Source: Crocinitomicaceae bacterium | Lineage (GTDB): Bacteria; Bacteroidota; Bacteroidia; Flavobacteriales_D; Crocinitomicaceae | DNA length: 64,000 bases | NCBI GenBank assembly: GCA_024643545.1 | Contig: JAHEMR010000005.1 | Location: forward strand, 173,025 to 237,024 | Direction: 5' to 3' | The notes under the pieces: generated by a model | Told to the model about the DNA's origin: nothing | Seen by the model: the letters and a program-made list of their open reading frames with translations, nothing else | Database searches by the model: none | Program-made: the position numbers and the translations under genes | Part shown: piece after piece, positions 39,240-49,164 of the stretch | Layout: each line of letters opens with the position of its first letter | Position numbering within the stretch: position 1 is the stretch's first letter

Positions 39240-41153
39240 TTAGTGTGCCCGTTCAACCCAATCGCCGTGTTCTTTGATTAAGTCAATCAATGAATCTACA
39301 GCTTCTTCAGCGGCAACATTTTTACGTACGACGGTTTTCTCTTTGTATAAGTTTATTTTACCTGGTCCCGTTCCAACGTATCCATAGTCAGCATCAGCCA
39401 TTTCTCCTGGGCCATTCACAATACAGCCCATAATTCCGATTTTTATTCCTTTCAAATGGGAAGTTCTTTCGCGAATTTTTGCAGTCGTTTCTTGCAGGTC
39501 AAAAAGCGTTCGACCACATGAAGGACAAGAAATGTATTCTGTTTTGGAAATGCGCGTTCTTGTTGCTTGAAGAATGCCAAAAGCCGTTGAATTAATCAGC
39601 GTATTCGGTTGTTCGCCACCAATCCAAATGCCATCGCCATATCCATCAATGAATAATGATCCAGCATCACTGGATACATTTAATTGGAATTTCTCTGAAT
39701 CCTGTTCACTCGATTCAATTTTGAGAATGACTGGAATCTCGATTTTTTGATCAGCTAACTGACTGAAAAAATGCCTAAACAACTGTGTTTTGTTTTCGTA
39801 AATCGTAGAAACAATAAGGGTCAATTTCGGATAGGCGGTTACGTTTGTTGGAATATCATCCTCCGCCTTTACCGATAAAAATCCTACTGTTTCCTTCGGA
39901 AGGTCCTTCAATTGATCAACGGTAAGAAGCGGATAGAAACCAGGACGTTCAGCATATTTTTCCGTCCATGTTTGGAAGTCACAAATGACACCTAATGTCC
40001 CAGGAACTTCAAAGTTTAGGGAGTTTGAACCAATGTATACATAATCTGCGGCGAGATCTTGAAGGTTCCATTTATCTAATGACACCGAATAATTATAGCC
40101 AAACCCGTAGAAATTTGCTGGAATTACTTCCGTTTTTGCCGACATATCAGCGACAACGACAGGCACATGTTTGCCGCCGATATTGTGAATTTCACGACTA
40201 CTTCTTCGGGAATACTCAAAAGGATTATGGGCAAGTTTTGAGGTAACGGATGCAAGTGGGAAAACAGTTTGGTGTTGGTATTTCTCCGCCAATTTACGTG
40301 CAACAGGAATTTCAAATTCGGGCTCTTCAGTTAATGAAACGCGAATCGTATCTCCAATGCCATCCTCGAGCAAAGCCCCAATACCAACTGCGGATTTAAT
40401 GCGTCCATCCTCACCGTCTCCTGCCTCTGTTACGCCCAAATGTAAGGGATAACAGCGTCCATTTTGCAACATGCGGTGCACCAATAAACGGTATGCTTGA
40501 ACCATCACCAGTGTGTTGCTGGCTTTCATTGAAATGACAAGTTCGTGGTAATCATTCTTTTCACAAATACGAATGAATTCCATGGCAGATTCCACCATTC
40601 CTTCCGGGGTATCGCCATAGCGACTTAATATACGATCTGAAAGTGAGCCGTGGTTCGTTCCAATGCGCATCGCAGTTCCGTATTCTTTACACAAAAGTAC
40701 AAGCGGAGTGAATTTAGCTTCAATACGCAAAAGTTCGGCTTGATAACTTTCATCCGTATAGTCGAGTTCTTCAAATTTCTTTTTGTCTGCGTAGTTGCCG
40801 GGATTGACACGTACTTTTTCAATCAATTTTGCGGCAATTTCTGCAGCATTAGGTGTAAAATGAATGTCGGCAACCAATGGAACATGATAGCCAAGTTCAC
40901 TAAGTTTTTGATGAATCAGGCCTAAATTCTCTGCTTCATTTTTACTTGGCGCGGTTAAACGAACCAATTCACATCCTGCATCAATCATACGGATACTTTG
41001 CGCGACAGACCCATCTGTATCCATCGTGTCAGTTGTCGTCATGGATTGTAAACGAATGGGATTTTCTCCCCCTAGATTTAAGGTTCCAATTTTAACTTCA
41101 AGTGTTGGAAGTCGTTTGCGGTTAAATGGGTCAATGCAATAAGTTTGATTCAT
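39240..41153 (-). CDS. ispG: 4-hydroxy-3-methylbut-2-en-1-yl diphosphate synthase, long form with inserted domain
   Basis: It has PIRLQSMTTT, GVTEAGDG and the C-terminal Fe-S motif CPSCGRT...GCIVNGPGE. The ORF extends to 41174, but the -7 box at 41177-41184 favours Met8 (41153, MNQTYC). Confidence 0.95.
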   Translation of the reverse strand: MNQTYCIDPFNRKRLPTLEVKIGTLNLGGENPIRLQSMTTTDTMDTDGSVAQSIRMIDAGCELVRLTAPSKNEAENLGLIHQKLSELGYHVPLVADIHFTPNAAEIAAKLIEKVRVNPGNYADKKKFEELDYTDESYQAELLRIEAKFTPLVLLCKEYGTAMRIGTNHGSLSDRILSRYGDTPEGMVESAMEFIRICEKNDYHELVISMKASNTLVMVQAYRLLVHRMLQNGRCYPLHLGVTEAGDGEDGRIKSAVGIGALLEDGIGDTIRVSLTEEPEFEIPVARKLAEKYQHQTVFPLASVTSKLAHNPFEYSRRSSREIHNIGGKHVPVVVADMSAKTEVIPANFYGFGYNYSVSLDKWNLQDLAADYVYIGSNSLNFEVPGTLGVICDFQTWTEKYAERPGFYPLLTVDQLKDLPKETVGFLSVKAEDDIPTNVTAYPKLTLIVSTIYENKTQLFRHFFSQLADQKIEIPVILKIESSEQDSEKFQLNVSSDAGSLFIDGYGDGIWIGGEQPNTLINSTAFGILQATRTRISKTEYISCPSCGRTLFDLQETTAKIRERTSHLKGIKIGIMGCIVNGPGEMADADYGYVGTGPGKINLYKEKTVVRKNVAAEEAVDSLIDLIKEHGDWVERAH

Positions 41154-41176
41154 GAATAGGTTGTAAGTAAGCATAA

Positions 41177-41184
41177 CAAAAGTA
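41177..41184 (-). promoter_or_regulatory. candidate -7 box (TActTTTG) for ispG
   Basis: The minus strand reads TACTTTTG, 23 nt upstream of the ATG at 41153 and only 2 nt from the ATG at 41174. Confidence 0.45.
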
Positions 41185-41251
41185 CGGATAGTTTGTTTTT
41201 TAAATTGGGAATTTGGTGTGATATTTGTTTCGCTGAAAATTAAAAATAATC

Positions 41252-41881
41252 ATGCGCGTTTTAAAAGGGTTTTTACATGTAACGATTTTATTTTTATTCA
41301 TGTCATGTGAAAACACTGAGAAGAAGTCAGCACCGATAAAGATGCCGACTAAAACGTTGATACAGAAGAAACCTAAGATCAGCAAGCCTTCAAATAAAGT
41401 TAAGAAACCGCCACGATTCATCCCACCAGAAATCCTTCCTGTGCGATTTGATCCAGATCCAGATCCACCCGGACCGTTTCCATATGATCCTGGAGAACCA
41501 CCTGTATACGATCCCCTATACAATCAAGTAAATGAACCAATCAAGGCAAACGAAGACACAATTTATGATTTTCCTACAATCTTGCCGGAATTTCCAGGTG
41601 GCCAACAAGCGTTAATCAACTACCTCAAAACGAACATGGTGTATCCAGAAGATGCGAAAGAGCTGGGTGTTGAGGGAAAAGTCATTGTGAGCTTCGTTAT
41701 TTTTGAAGACGGAAGCGTTCAACAAGTAACAATCCTCCGAGGCATCCATGGAACGAATTCTTGCGAGAAAGAAGCCCTCCGATTAATGAAAGGAATGCCA
41801 AAATGGAATGCTGGTCAAAATGAACAGGGACAAAAAATAAAGGCACGAATGAAAATTCCTGTAGTTTTTCGTTTGGATTAG
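41252..41881 (+). CDS. TonB C-terminal domain lipoprotein
   Basis: 209 aa with a lipobox LFMSCEN, a Pro-rich spacer (PDPDPPGPFPYDPGEPP), and a TonB_C pattern YPEDAKELGVEGKVIVSFVIFEDGSV. Confidence 0.8.
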   Translation: MRVLKGFLHVTILFLFMSCENTEKKSAPIKMPTKTLIQKKPKISKPSNKVKKPPRFIPPEILPVRFDPDPDPPGPFPYDPGEPPVYDPLYNQVNEPIKANEDTIYDFPTILPEFPGGQQALINYLKTNMVYPEDAKELGVEGKVIVSFVIFEDGSVQQVTILRGIHGTNSCEKEALRLMKGMPKWNAGQNEQGQKIKARMKIPVVFRLD

Positions 41882-44800
41882 TCTACGGTGGGTAATTCTA
41901 GTTGAAAGGTTGTCCCTTCCTTTACTTTTGATGAAAATGAAATACTACCTCCGTGTTTTTCCACAATTTGTTTCACTAGTGAGAGACCAATTCCGCTTCC
42001 TGAAGACTTTGTTGTAAAATGAGGGGTGAATATGCGTACAGATTCTTCACTTGAAATACCGCAGCCATTGTCAACTACTCGAATGAAACATTGGTTTTCG
42101 ACAACAGAAATGTCCACATGGATTTCCCCTTTTTCTTTTCCAATTAACGCTTGCTGTGCGTTTTGAAGTAAATTGACCATCACCTGAATCCATAAATTAC
42201 GGTCAACAGATACGAAAACCTCGTGATTAGGCTTATTGAACAGAAAGGAGATTCCCTGTTCATTTTCATACAAACTAACAACCTTTTCGATGATTTCCAC
42301 CATGTTTTCTCGTTTGAAAATCGCTTCGGGCATTTTTGCGAAAGTGGAGAATTCATTTGCCATTCTGGTTAGTCCATCAATTTGTTCAATAATGGAATGA
42401 AGCACTCGATTCAATTGTTTTTCTCCCTCTTCATTTGTTGGATCGTAACTCCTCAATAAATGCTGAATACTCAATTTCATTGGAGTAAGAGGATTCTTGA
42501 TTTCATGGGCGATTTGTTGTGCCATTTCCCTCCAGGCAATTTCACGCTCCGTGGATGCTAGTTTTTGAGCTGCAATTTTGAGCTCGTCTAATTTGTCGTT
42601 GTAGGCTTGAACAATGGCACCGATCTCATCTTTTTGTTGGTATTTAATGTGTTTGTTTTCTTTTCCAAACTGGATGGCGCTCATGTGTTTTTTCAAAACG
42701 ATTAAAGGTTCAATTAACCAGTTTGAAACGACAAGTCCAATAATAACGGAAAGTGCCAACAAGAGAATAAACACGTTGATGATCGATGTAACAAAAGTTT
42801 CTATTTGATTTTCGTAGGCTTGTTGTTGCCCGAAATGCTGTAAGTTCACATACCCAATTTCTTTCCTTTTTTCATTGTAAATTGGTAGGTAAGCAGAGAT
42901 AAAGGAAAGTTCACCTATTTCTTCAGAATGAGAAAAGGAGCTTTTGTTTTTTAATTGTAACGCTGTTAGTGCAATTGGATTCATTTGTTCACTAATGAGT
43001 CCAAGGTTGAAAATTTTAGGCCTTGAACTTGCCACAAGCAGCCCCCTATTATCATATATGTTTAAGTCGGTGTGAAAAACCGAGGATATTTTACGCAGTG
43101 TATTTTGTAAATTCTGCCGGTCATTGATGCTGTTTAAAGTAGTGTTTTTTGCAACTTTTGTTTTCAATTCTTCTTGAATCGAACTCAATTTGTCTTGAAT
43201 GTTTGAACGCGTAAAATCTTCATATTGTTTGCCAACAAAAATTCCACTTCCGATGCCGTACAATAACAGAGAAAGTACGAGCACTAAAATAAAAGCGATT
43301 TGAATTTTAAATGCAAAGGATAAATCGATGCCTTTCACAACTGCTTTTCCGTTGATGAGGTATATAACGATCATCAACATCCCCCAAAAGGAAAAAATAT
43401 AAGCGAATGACGTGATGTAATCAAACCAACTTTTTGACATTACCGAGATTACAATGGCGTTTTGATTAGAATTTTTGTAGAAGTAATGGTGGTATCCCTC
43501 ATGTTTAAACGTTCCTTCAACCTTGTTTATGGGGAGTAAGGAAAAAATGGAAACGGGGTAGTTAAAGGAACCAGATTGATGGATCAATTTCCCTTCAGCG
43601 TATTTTCCAATTGAGTATTCTTCTAAATCTCTGATGACGTTAGCTTTATCTGAAATAAGCAATCTAGGAAAACCAATTTCTTCCGGAATTCTTTTTGATT
43701 TTAATCGAATGGAAAGAAAAATAATGCCTTCATCACGTTTAATTTTCTGTAAGATGATATAGCTTAACCCTTCCTCCTCATGCGGCATAAAATAGACAGC
43801 CGGATTGATGTCGGATTGTTTTCCGTGCAATGAGATCAATTCGTTCAGTTGCTCATAAGCATTTGGGTCTTTTGAGAAAAACGAAACTCCATTCGTGTTA
43901 ATAACATCAAGCGATAAATCATAGCCATCCCAAATACCATGAAAAAACCTTTTTTCAAGAATGGCATTTAAGTTTCCTATTTCAATGAGGGGAGTCTCGG
44001 AAAAAAATTGGTGAAAAATCCTGTCGGCTACCAGCTTCTCTTGTATTTCCGAATATTCTATTTCTAAGTTGATATCTCTTTCTGTAGCAATTTTTTTGGC
44101 ATAAATCGACCTATTTTCAAGTTCCTTTTGTTCGTTGTTTATGATTAATTCATGGACGAATACAAAGGAAAAAAGACACAAAAGAACCAATTGAAAGGAG
44201 AACTGTTGCATGGATTCTTTTCGCCGGTAAAAAAGAAGATTGACAAAGATGACCACGAAGGGGAGAATCAGTGTAAAGAAAGAAAATCCTGTTGGCCCAC
44301 TAATTATCCAATAAACAAAAATCAACACCACCGATGCGGTTAGCACGAGGACTCCTTTTAATTTTAGGTGCTCAAGCCCCTCAATCATGCCAAATAACAT
44401 TTTTTGGAAACAGAGAAAGTTGAAACCAATAACCGCAAAGAAAACGAATGAATGACTAGTTAAATCAAAAAATTGATTGAAGTCTACGGGAATGCTTGAG
44501 TGCAGCACAACCATCTTGATTAAGTAGATAATGCACATCCAAACACCATAAAGGGCGAGGTATTGAATCCAACGGAAATAGTTGTTTTGAGTAACTTTGA
44601 ACGATTTGAAAATACTTAAAAATCCAAAAGCAATAAAAATGCTATTGATGCAAAAATCCAAGAAACTTGGGAACCATTCGTTGTAGGCAAAAAGTTCAGC
44701 AGAGTGGAAAGATGCATTTTCAAACACTTGATTTAAAGGAATTTCGAAGAGTATAATTCGTATGACCAACAAGCCGATAAGGAATAACCACCTTCCTGTT

Positions 44801-45456
44801 TTATGCCGTTCTATTTGTTTATAGACTCCATAAATTAAACTAACTAAACCGATTAAAAACAACGGTAAAATGTACCAAGGTGTTGGTTCGGAAGGAAGGT
44901 CATTTGCAATGATGGAAAAACAATATTGTTTAGCAGCATTGAATATCGGAATGCCTCGATTCATGTCTAGTGAAATGCTAAATTTTGTATTTCCAAAGAG
45001 TGGATTCGGATGCGAATGGATGAACTCATTCGAATAAGAATATTCTTCCGCTAAGCAAAAAGAGGCACAGCATGTGTAAGCACCTTCTTTATAAACCGCT
45101 CCATAATACCAACCGTTTTGCAATTTCATGAGTCCACGACTCGGAAATTGAATGGTTGAAAAATTCGAGACAGGTATTTTATTGGTGTTCCATTTAACTA
45201 AACAGTCGTTTTTGTAAAGGTGAATGAGGCAATTTTCATTGGGGGGAATCCCGCCAAAATTTTTGTAATAATGCAGTGATGTTGGGGCAGCTTGCTTTAT
45301 TTTATGTTCTTGCTGTAAAAAGATTTCTTGAATCTTTTTTTGGGGCAAAACGAGTTCCTTTTTCAGGCTGAATTGCTCATAAAAAAGCACACAAAACGCA
45401 CAAATTGCCAGTATGATGTACTTGAAATTCAGTGTTATGTGCACCCATTTTTTCAT
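41878..45456 (-). CDS. large multi-TM sensor histidine kinase (NtrY-like DHp)
   Basis: 1192 aa with at least ten hydrophobic segments by eye. It has the H-box AHEIKNPLTPM and the ATPase motifs DNGCGI and GSGIGLSLV. There is no receiver domain. Confidence 0.9.
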   Translation of the reverse strand: MKKWVHITLNFKYIILAICAFCVLFYEQFSLKKELVLPQKKIQEIFLQQEHKIKQAAPTSLHYYKNFGGIPPNENCLIHLYKNDCLVKWNTNKIPVSNFSTIQFPSRGLMKLQNGWYYGAVYKEGAYTCCASFCLAEEYSYSNEFIHSHPNPLFGNTKFSISLDMNRGIPIFNAAKQYCFSIIANDLPSEPTPWYILPLFLIGLVSLIYGVYKQIERHKTGRWLFLIGLLVIRIILFEIPLNQVFENASFHSAELFAYNEWFPSFLDFCINSIFIAFGFLSIFKSFKVTQNNYFRWIQYLALYGVWMCIIYLIKMVVLHSSIPVDFNQFFDLTSHSFVFFAVIGFNFLCFQKMLFGMIEGLEHLKLKGVLVLTASVVLIFVYWIISGPTGFSFFTLILPFVVIFVNLLFYRRKESMQQFSFQLVLLCLFSFVFVHELIINNEQKELENRSIYAKKIATERDINLEIEYSEIQEKLVADRIFHQFFSETPLIEIGNLNAILEKRFFHGIWDGYDLSLDVINTNGVSFFSKDPNAYEQLNELISLHGKQSDINPAVYFMPHEEEGLSYIILQKIKRDEGIIFLSIRLKSKRIPEEIGFPRLLISDKANVIRDLEEYSIGKYAEGKLIHQSGSFNYPVSIFSLLPINKVEGTFKHEGYHHYFYKNSNQNAIVISVMSKSWFDYITSFAYIFSFWGMLMIVIYLINGKAVVKGIDLSFAFKIQIAFILVLVLSLLLYGIGSGIFVGKQYEDFTRSNIQDKLSSIQEELKTKVAKNTTLNSINDRQNLQNTLRKISSVFHTDLNIYDNRGLLVASSRPKIFNLGLISEQMNPIALTALQLKNKSSFSHSEEIGELSFISAYLPIYNEKRKEIGYVNLQHFGQQQAYENQIETFVTSIINVFILLLALSVIIGLVVSNWLIEPLIVLKKHMSAIQFGKENKHIKYQQKDEIGAIVQAYNDKLDELKIAAQKLASTEREIAWREMAQQIAHEIKNPLTPMKLSIQHLLRSYDPTNEEGEKQLNRVLHSIIEQIDGLTRMANEFSTFAKMPEAIFKRENMVEIIEKVVSLYENEQGISFLFNKPNHEVFVSVDRNLWIQVMVNLLQNAQQALIGKEKGEIHVDISVVENQCFIRVVDNGCGISSEESVRIFTPHFTTKSSGSGIGLSLVKQIVEKHGGSISFSSKVKEGTTFQLELPTVD

Positions 45457-46088
45457 GTTTGCAGTTCCATTTTAGTCAAACTTGAAAGGGAAATAAATAA
45501 TTGTCCAAAGTCTTCATCTGCACGGTGGTCATTTCTAAAAATGAAGTGCGCTTGATCTTTATAGGGCTCAATGTAATTTTGGTAACAAGGCAAAACATGG
45601 TTGTCCCATTGATAAATGATTTCGGATCGCTTGTATCCGCGCGTTTCTTGATCTCTGTATATTCTGCGATCTAATTGTGTTTGATGATCCACATCGACGA
45701 AAATACTGAAGTCAAGTTTTTCAAAAACTTTTTGATAATGAAACAAAAACAATCCTTCTACAATGATTACTTCACTGGGTTGGATTGTTAATAACACGTT
45801 TTTATTTGGCGGCGCATTAAAAAAATATTCTTTTACCTCGATGGGATTTCCTGAGACAAGTTCGTGTAAATCAGTTTCTAATTTATGTTGATCCAAGGCT
45901 CCGGGTAAATCAAAATTAACCTTTCCATTCTGATCAAGGGCCTGCATTTCAATGGGAAGATAATAATTATCCATCGAAAATACGGAAGGTATTATTCCTC
46001 CGAATGATTCAGACAATCTTCTTAGTAACGTGGTTTTCCCAGCTCCGCTTCCTCCACATATTCCAACAACAAATGGTTTTTTTTTCAT
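45453..46088 (-). CDS. udk: uridine kinase
   Basis: It has the P-loop GICGGSGAGKTT. The ORF-track start at 46106 is TTG, while the ATG at 46088 (MKKKPF) has a -7 box 15 nt upstream. Its stop overlaps the kinase start (ATGA). Confidence 0.9.
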   Translation of the reverse strand: MKKKPFVVGICGGSGAGKTTLLRRLSESFGGIIPSVFSMDNYYLPIEMQALDQNGKVNFDLPGALDQHKLETDLHELVSGNPIEVKEYFFNAPPNKNVLLTIQPSEVIIVEGLFLFHYQKVFEKLDFSIFVDVDHQTQLDRRIYRDQETRGYKRSEIIYQWDNHVLPCYQNYIEPYKDQAHFIFRNDHRADEDFGQLFISLSSLTKMELQT

Positions 46089-46103
46089 AGTCCTTACGCT
46101 GGA

Positions 46104-46111
46104 CAAATATA
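46104..46111 (-). promoter_or_regulatory. candidate -7 box (TAtaTTTG) for udk and the histidine kinase
   Basis: The minus strand reads TATATTTG, 15 nt upstream of the ATG at 46088. Confidence 0.45.
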
Positions 46112-46194
46112 CAACTTGTCACGTTGGTTTTTATCTTCAATTTAGTTGTAAATGAAAGAAAAATCGTAACTTTCCTCTCACTATTTTGATGTTT

Positions 46195-46812
46195 ATGAAA
46201 AAATTGCCCTTCTTACTTTTATTCTTGGTTTGTACAGTTACCTTGAATGCTCAACTAAAAATCGGTGACAAAGCATCAATGCTCGATGATCAATTACAAA
46301 GCACAATTGGAGAAACGACTTCTTTAAATGATTCGAAAAAGGAAAAGGGGATTCTGGTGGTATTTTCTTGTAATACGTGTCCATTTGTGGTAGGCACTGA
46401 AGATTTTCCTGGTTGGGAACGTCAATACAATCAACTGTATGCAACAGCGGATAGCTTGCATATCGGGATGATTCTTGTGAATTCCAATGAAGGAAAACGC
46501 CAAGGGGTAGATTCGTATGAAGAAATGCTTAAACATGCTGAAGCGCAACACTATAAAATGCCCTATGTGGTGGATGTAAATTCTACATTGGCTAATATTT
46601 TTGGCGCGAAGACGACACCTCATGCCTTTTTGTTAAATTCGGAAATGGAATTAGTTTACATGGGTTCTATTGATAATATATGGGATAAAGACCGCAAAGA
46701 GGACATTCCATACGTATACAGAGCACTTAACGAATTAGCAAGTCATAAAAAAATAAAAACAAGTACCACCTCTCCAAAGGGCTGTGGGATTAAACGTATT
46801 ACAAATAAATAA
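46195..46812 (+). CDS. thioredoxin-fold (redoxin/peroxiredoxin-like) periplasmic protein
   Basis: It has a signal peptide MKKLPFLLLFLVCTVTLNA, the CxxC motif FSCNTCPF, TTPHAFL, and a C-terminal GCGIK. The ORF-track start at 46186 is TTG. Confidence 0.8.
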   Translation: MKKLPFLLLFLVCTVTLNAQLKIGDKASMLDDQLQSTIGETTSLNDSKKEKGILVVFSCNTCPFVVGTEDFPGWERQYNQLYATADSLHIGMILVNSNEGKRQGVDSYEEMLKHAEAQHYKMPYVVDVNSTLANIFGAKTTPHAFLLNSEMELVYMGSIDNIWDKDRKEDIPYVYRALNELASHKKIKTSTTSPKGCGIKRITNK

Positions 46813-46818
46813 TCAGTC

Positions 46819-49152
46819 ATGAAAAAGACCCTTACCTTATTATTGGCAATTTTTACTTTTCAAAGTTTCGCTCAACAAGGCGATGGATGGAAAAAAACGT
46901 ATAAAGCGAGCATTAATTTGAAAGAAATCAATCAAGTTTCTTTTCAAGAACCGGATATTGAGGCATTAAAAGCAGAAGATGCTTTGGTTGATGGAACCGG
47001 AACTGCACCTTGGCGTTTTGGTTGGAATAACTACACGAACCTAAACACATCCAATACAGGTACTTGGACCACCCTTCCAAATGGAGACCGAATTTGGCAT
47101 TTAGTGGTGCGTTGTGAAAATGCGTTAACCATTAATTTAACATTTGACCATACCGTAATTCCTGCAGGAAATGAACTGTATATCTTCAATCCTGAAAAAG
47201 ATTTTATCCTTGGAAATTTCACTGCGAACCATTTATACGAAGGTCAATTAGGGACAGAATTAATACCAGGAAACACGTCGATTGTAGAATATTATGTTCC
47301 AAAAAACAATGCACAGGGTCACGTACAAATCGGTATTGTTACCCATGGTTACAGAACTGCAATGGAATTTCAACAGAAAGCGTTTGGAAGTTCAGGAGCT
47401 TGCAACCGCAACGTGAATTGTGCAGAAGGATTGCCTTGGACACAACAACGAAATGGTGTGGTAATGTTGGTTTCAGGAAGCAGCGGTTTTTGTTCAGGAT
47501 CTTTAATCAATAACACATTAAATGATGGAAAACCATATGTATTAACAGCTGACCATTGCTACAGCAATCCTGCATCTTGGATCTTCCGTTTCAATTGGCA
47601 ATCTCCGGATTGTAATAATCCAGCGGCGGCTCCAACGTTTCAGTCTTTGTCGGGAGCTGTTCTTCGCGCGCGCGCTACACCATCTGATTTTTGCTTGGTT
47701 GAAATAACAGGTGGATTATCCGCTGGAACAGTGCCAATTGCATACACACCCTATTTTGCGGGTTGGGATCATTCCGGAAACACACCAACCTCGGCTGTAG
47801 GAATTCATCATCCATCTGGAGACATCAAAAAAATCTCGTTGGAAAACGATCCATTAATTTCAACAACGTTTGGCACTTGTCCAGCGAATAGCCACTGGGG
47901 AGTTTCCCATTGGGATAGCGGTGTAACTGAAGGAGGGTCTTCTGGTTCACCTTTGTTTGATCAAAACCACCGAATTGTTGGACAATTGCATGGTGGGGCT
48001 TCTGCTTGTGGCGGAGCTAATTTATCGGATGAATATGGAAAATTAAGTGAATCTTGGGAGCCAGCAGGAAGCAATACAACCAATCAATTAAAATGTTGGT
48101 TAGATCCAAATAATGCCGGTGCACAATTCATTGATGGATTTGATCCAGCAAATGCGACAGTGGCAGCACTCGATGCTGGATTGTCTAGTCCTCTCTTTGA
48201 ATTAAGCGCTTTTTGTGGAACAAACTATACACCTAAAGTGACAATCGCCAATTCTGGAACCACTGTATTAACTTCCGCTGTGGTGACTTATTCAATCGAT
48301 GGTGGTGCGAACCAAACGGTAAATTGGAGCGGTTCTTTGGCACAATGGCAAACCGAAGTAATTACATTGCCTAGTGTGACATTAACAGTGGGCGCCCATA
48401 CATTTAATGCAACAGTTACTGCTCCGAATGCAGCAATTGATGAAAATGCAGTGAATGATGCAACAAACACATCACTTACAGTCGATGCCATTGATCAAAC
48501 AATGGGCTTGTTAAAAGTAACGCTGTTAACGGACAATTACCCAGATGAAACCTATATGGAGTTGACATCAAGCAATGGAACGGTCGTTTGGTCAGAAGGA
48601 AATGAAAGTTTTGTTGGGAATTATGGTACTGGAAATAGCCCCGCGCCTACAGACCCTACAGCACCTTTAGCAGGTAACACAACATACAACTACGACATTC
48701 CAATTTCAATCACTGACTGTTACACGTTTACGATTTACGATTATTACGGCGATGGAGTAGGTGCTTCTCAGTGGGGAGGATCAAATGTGGATGGAAATTT
48801 AACGCTTTCAGATAATACTTCGGCTGTGATATATACCTTAACTGCTGCAGATTTTGGTGCACAAGCTTCCGACATCGTGAAAAACACAGACAATTCCGGA
48901 ATCGCAGAAATAGGCTCCGCACAATGGAAATTGTACCCAAATCCGGTGAAAGAAAACCTGAACATCTCTTTACAAAGTTCTCAAGCAAATGAATTATTCC
49001 TTATTGATATTTATGGAAAAACGATTTTGCGTCAAGAAATTCAAGGGAATGAGGTACAATTGAATACGCAAAATTTATCCAACGGAACATATTTTGTACA
49101 TGTCAATTTTGTGAACGGAAGTCGTTCAGTGAAGTCGTTTGTTAAACAATAA
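46819..49152 (+). CDS. T9SS-secreted trypsin-fold (S1, lysyl/glutamyl-endopeptidase-like) serine protease
   Basis: 777 aa with catalytic His LTADHC and Ser GGSSGSPLF, a CARDB-like module, a LTDNYPDETY...CYTFTIYDYYGDG module, and the type-A sorting domain LYPNPVKENLNISL...GTYFVHV. Confidence 0.85.
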   Translation: MKKTLTLLLAIFTFQSFAQQGDGWKKTYKASINLKEINQVSFQEPDIEALKAEDALVDGTGTAPWRFGWNNYTNLNTSNTGTWTTLPNGDRIWHLVVRCENALTINLTFDHTVIPAGNELYIFNPEKDFILGNFTANHLYEGQLGTELIPGNTSIVEYYVPKNNAQGHVQIGIVTHGYRTAMEFQQKAFGSSGACNRNVNCAEGLPWTQQRNGVVMLVSGSSGFCSGSLINNTLNDGKPYVLTADHCYSNPASWIFRFNWQSPDCNNPAAAPTFQSLSGAVLRARATPSDFCLVEITGGLSAGTVPIAYTPYFAGWDHSGNTPTSAVGIHHPSGDIKKISLENDPLISTTFGTCPANSHWGVSHWDSGVTEGGSSGSPLFDQNHRIVGQLHGGASACGGANLSDEYGKLSESWEPAGSNTTNQLKCWLDPNNAGAQFIDGFDPANATVAALDAGLSSPLFELSAFCGTNYTPKVTIANSGTTVLTSAVVTYSIDGGANQTVNWSGSLAQWQTEVITLPSVTLTVGAHTFNATVTAPNAAIDENAVNDATNTSLTVDAIDQTMGLLKVTLLTDNYPDETYMELTSSNGTVVWSEGNESFVGNYGTGNSPAPTDPTAPLAGNTTYNYDIPISITDCYTFTIYDYYGDGVGASQWGGSNVDGNLTLSDNTSAVIYTLTAADFGAQASDIVKNTDNSGIAEIGSAQWKLYPNPVKENLNISLQSSQANELFLIDIYGKTILRQEIQGNEVQLNTQNLSNGTYFVHVNFVNGSRSVKSFVKQ

Positions 49153-49164
49153 GCTGAAGTAGGA

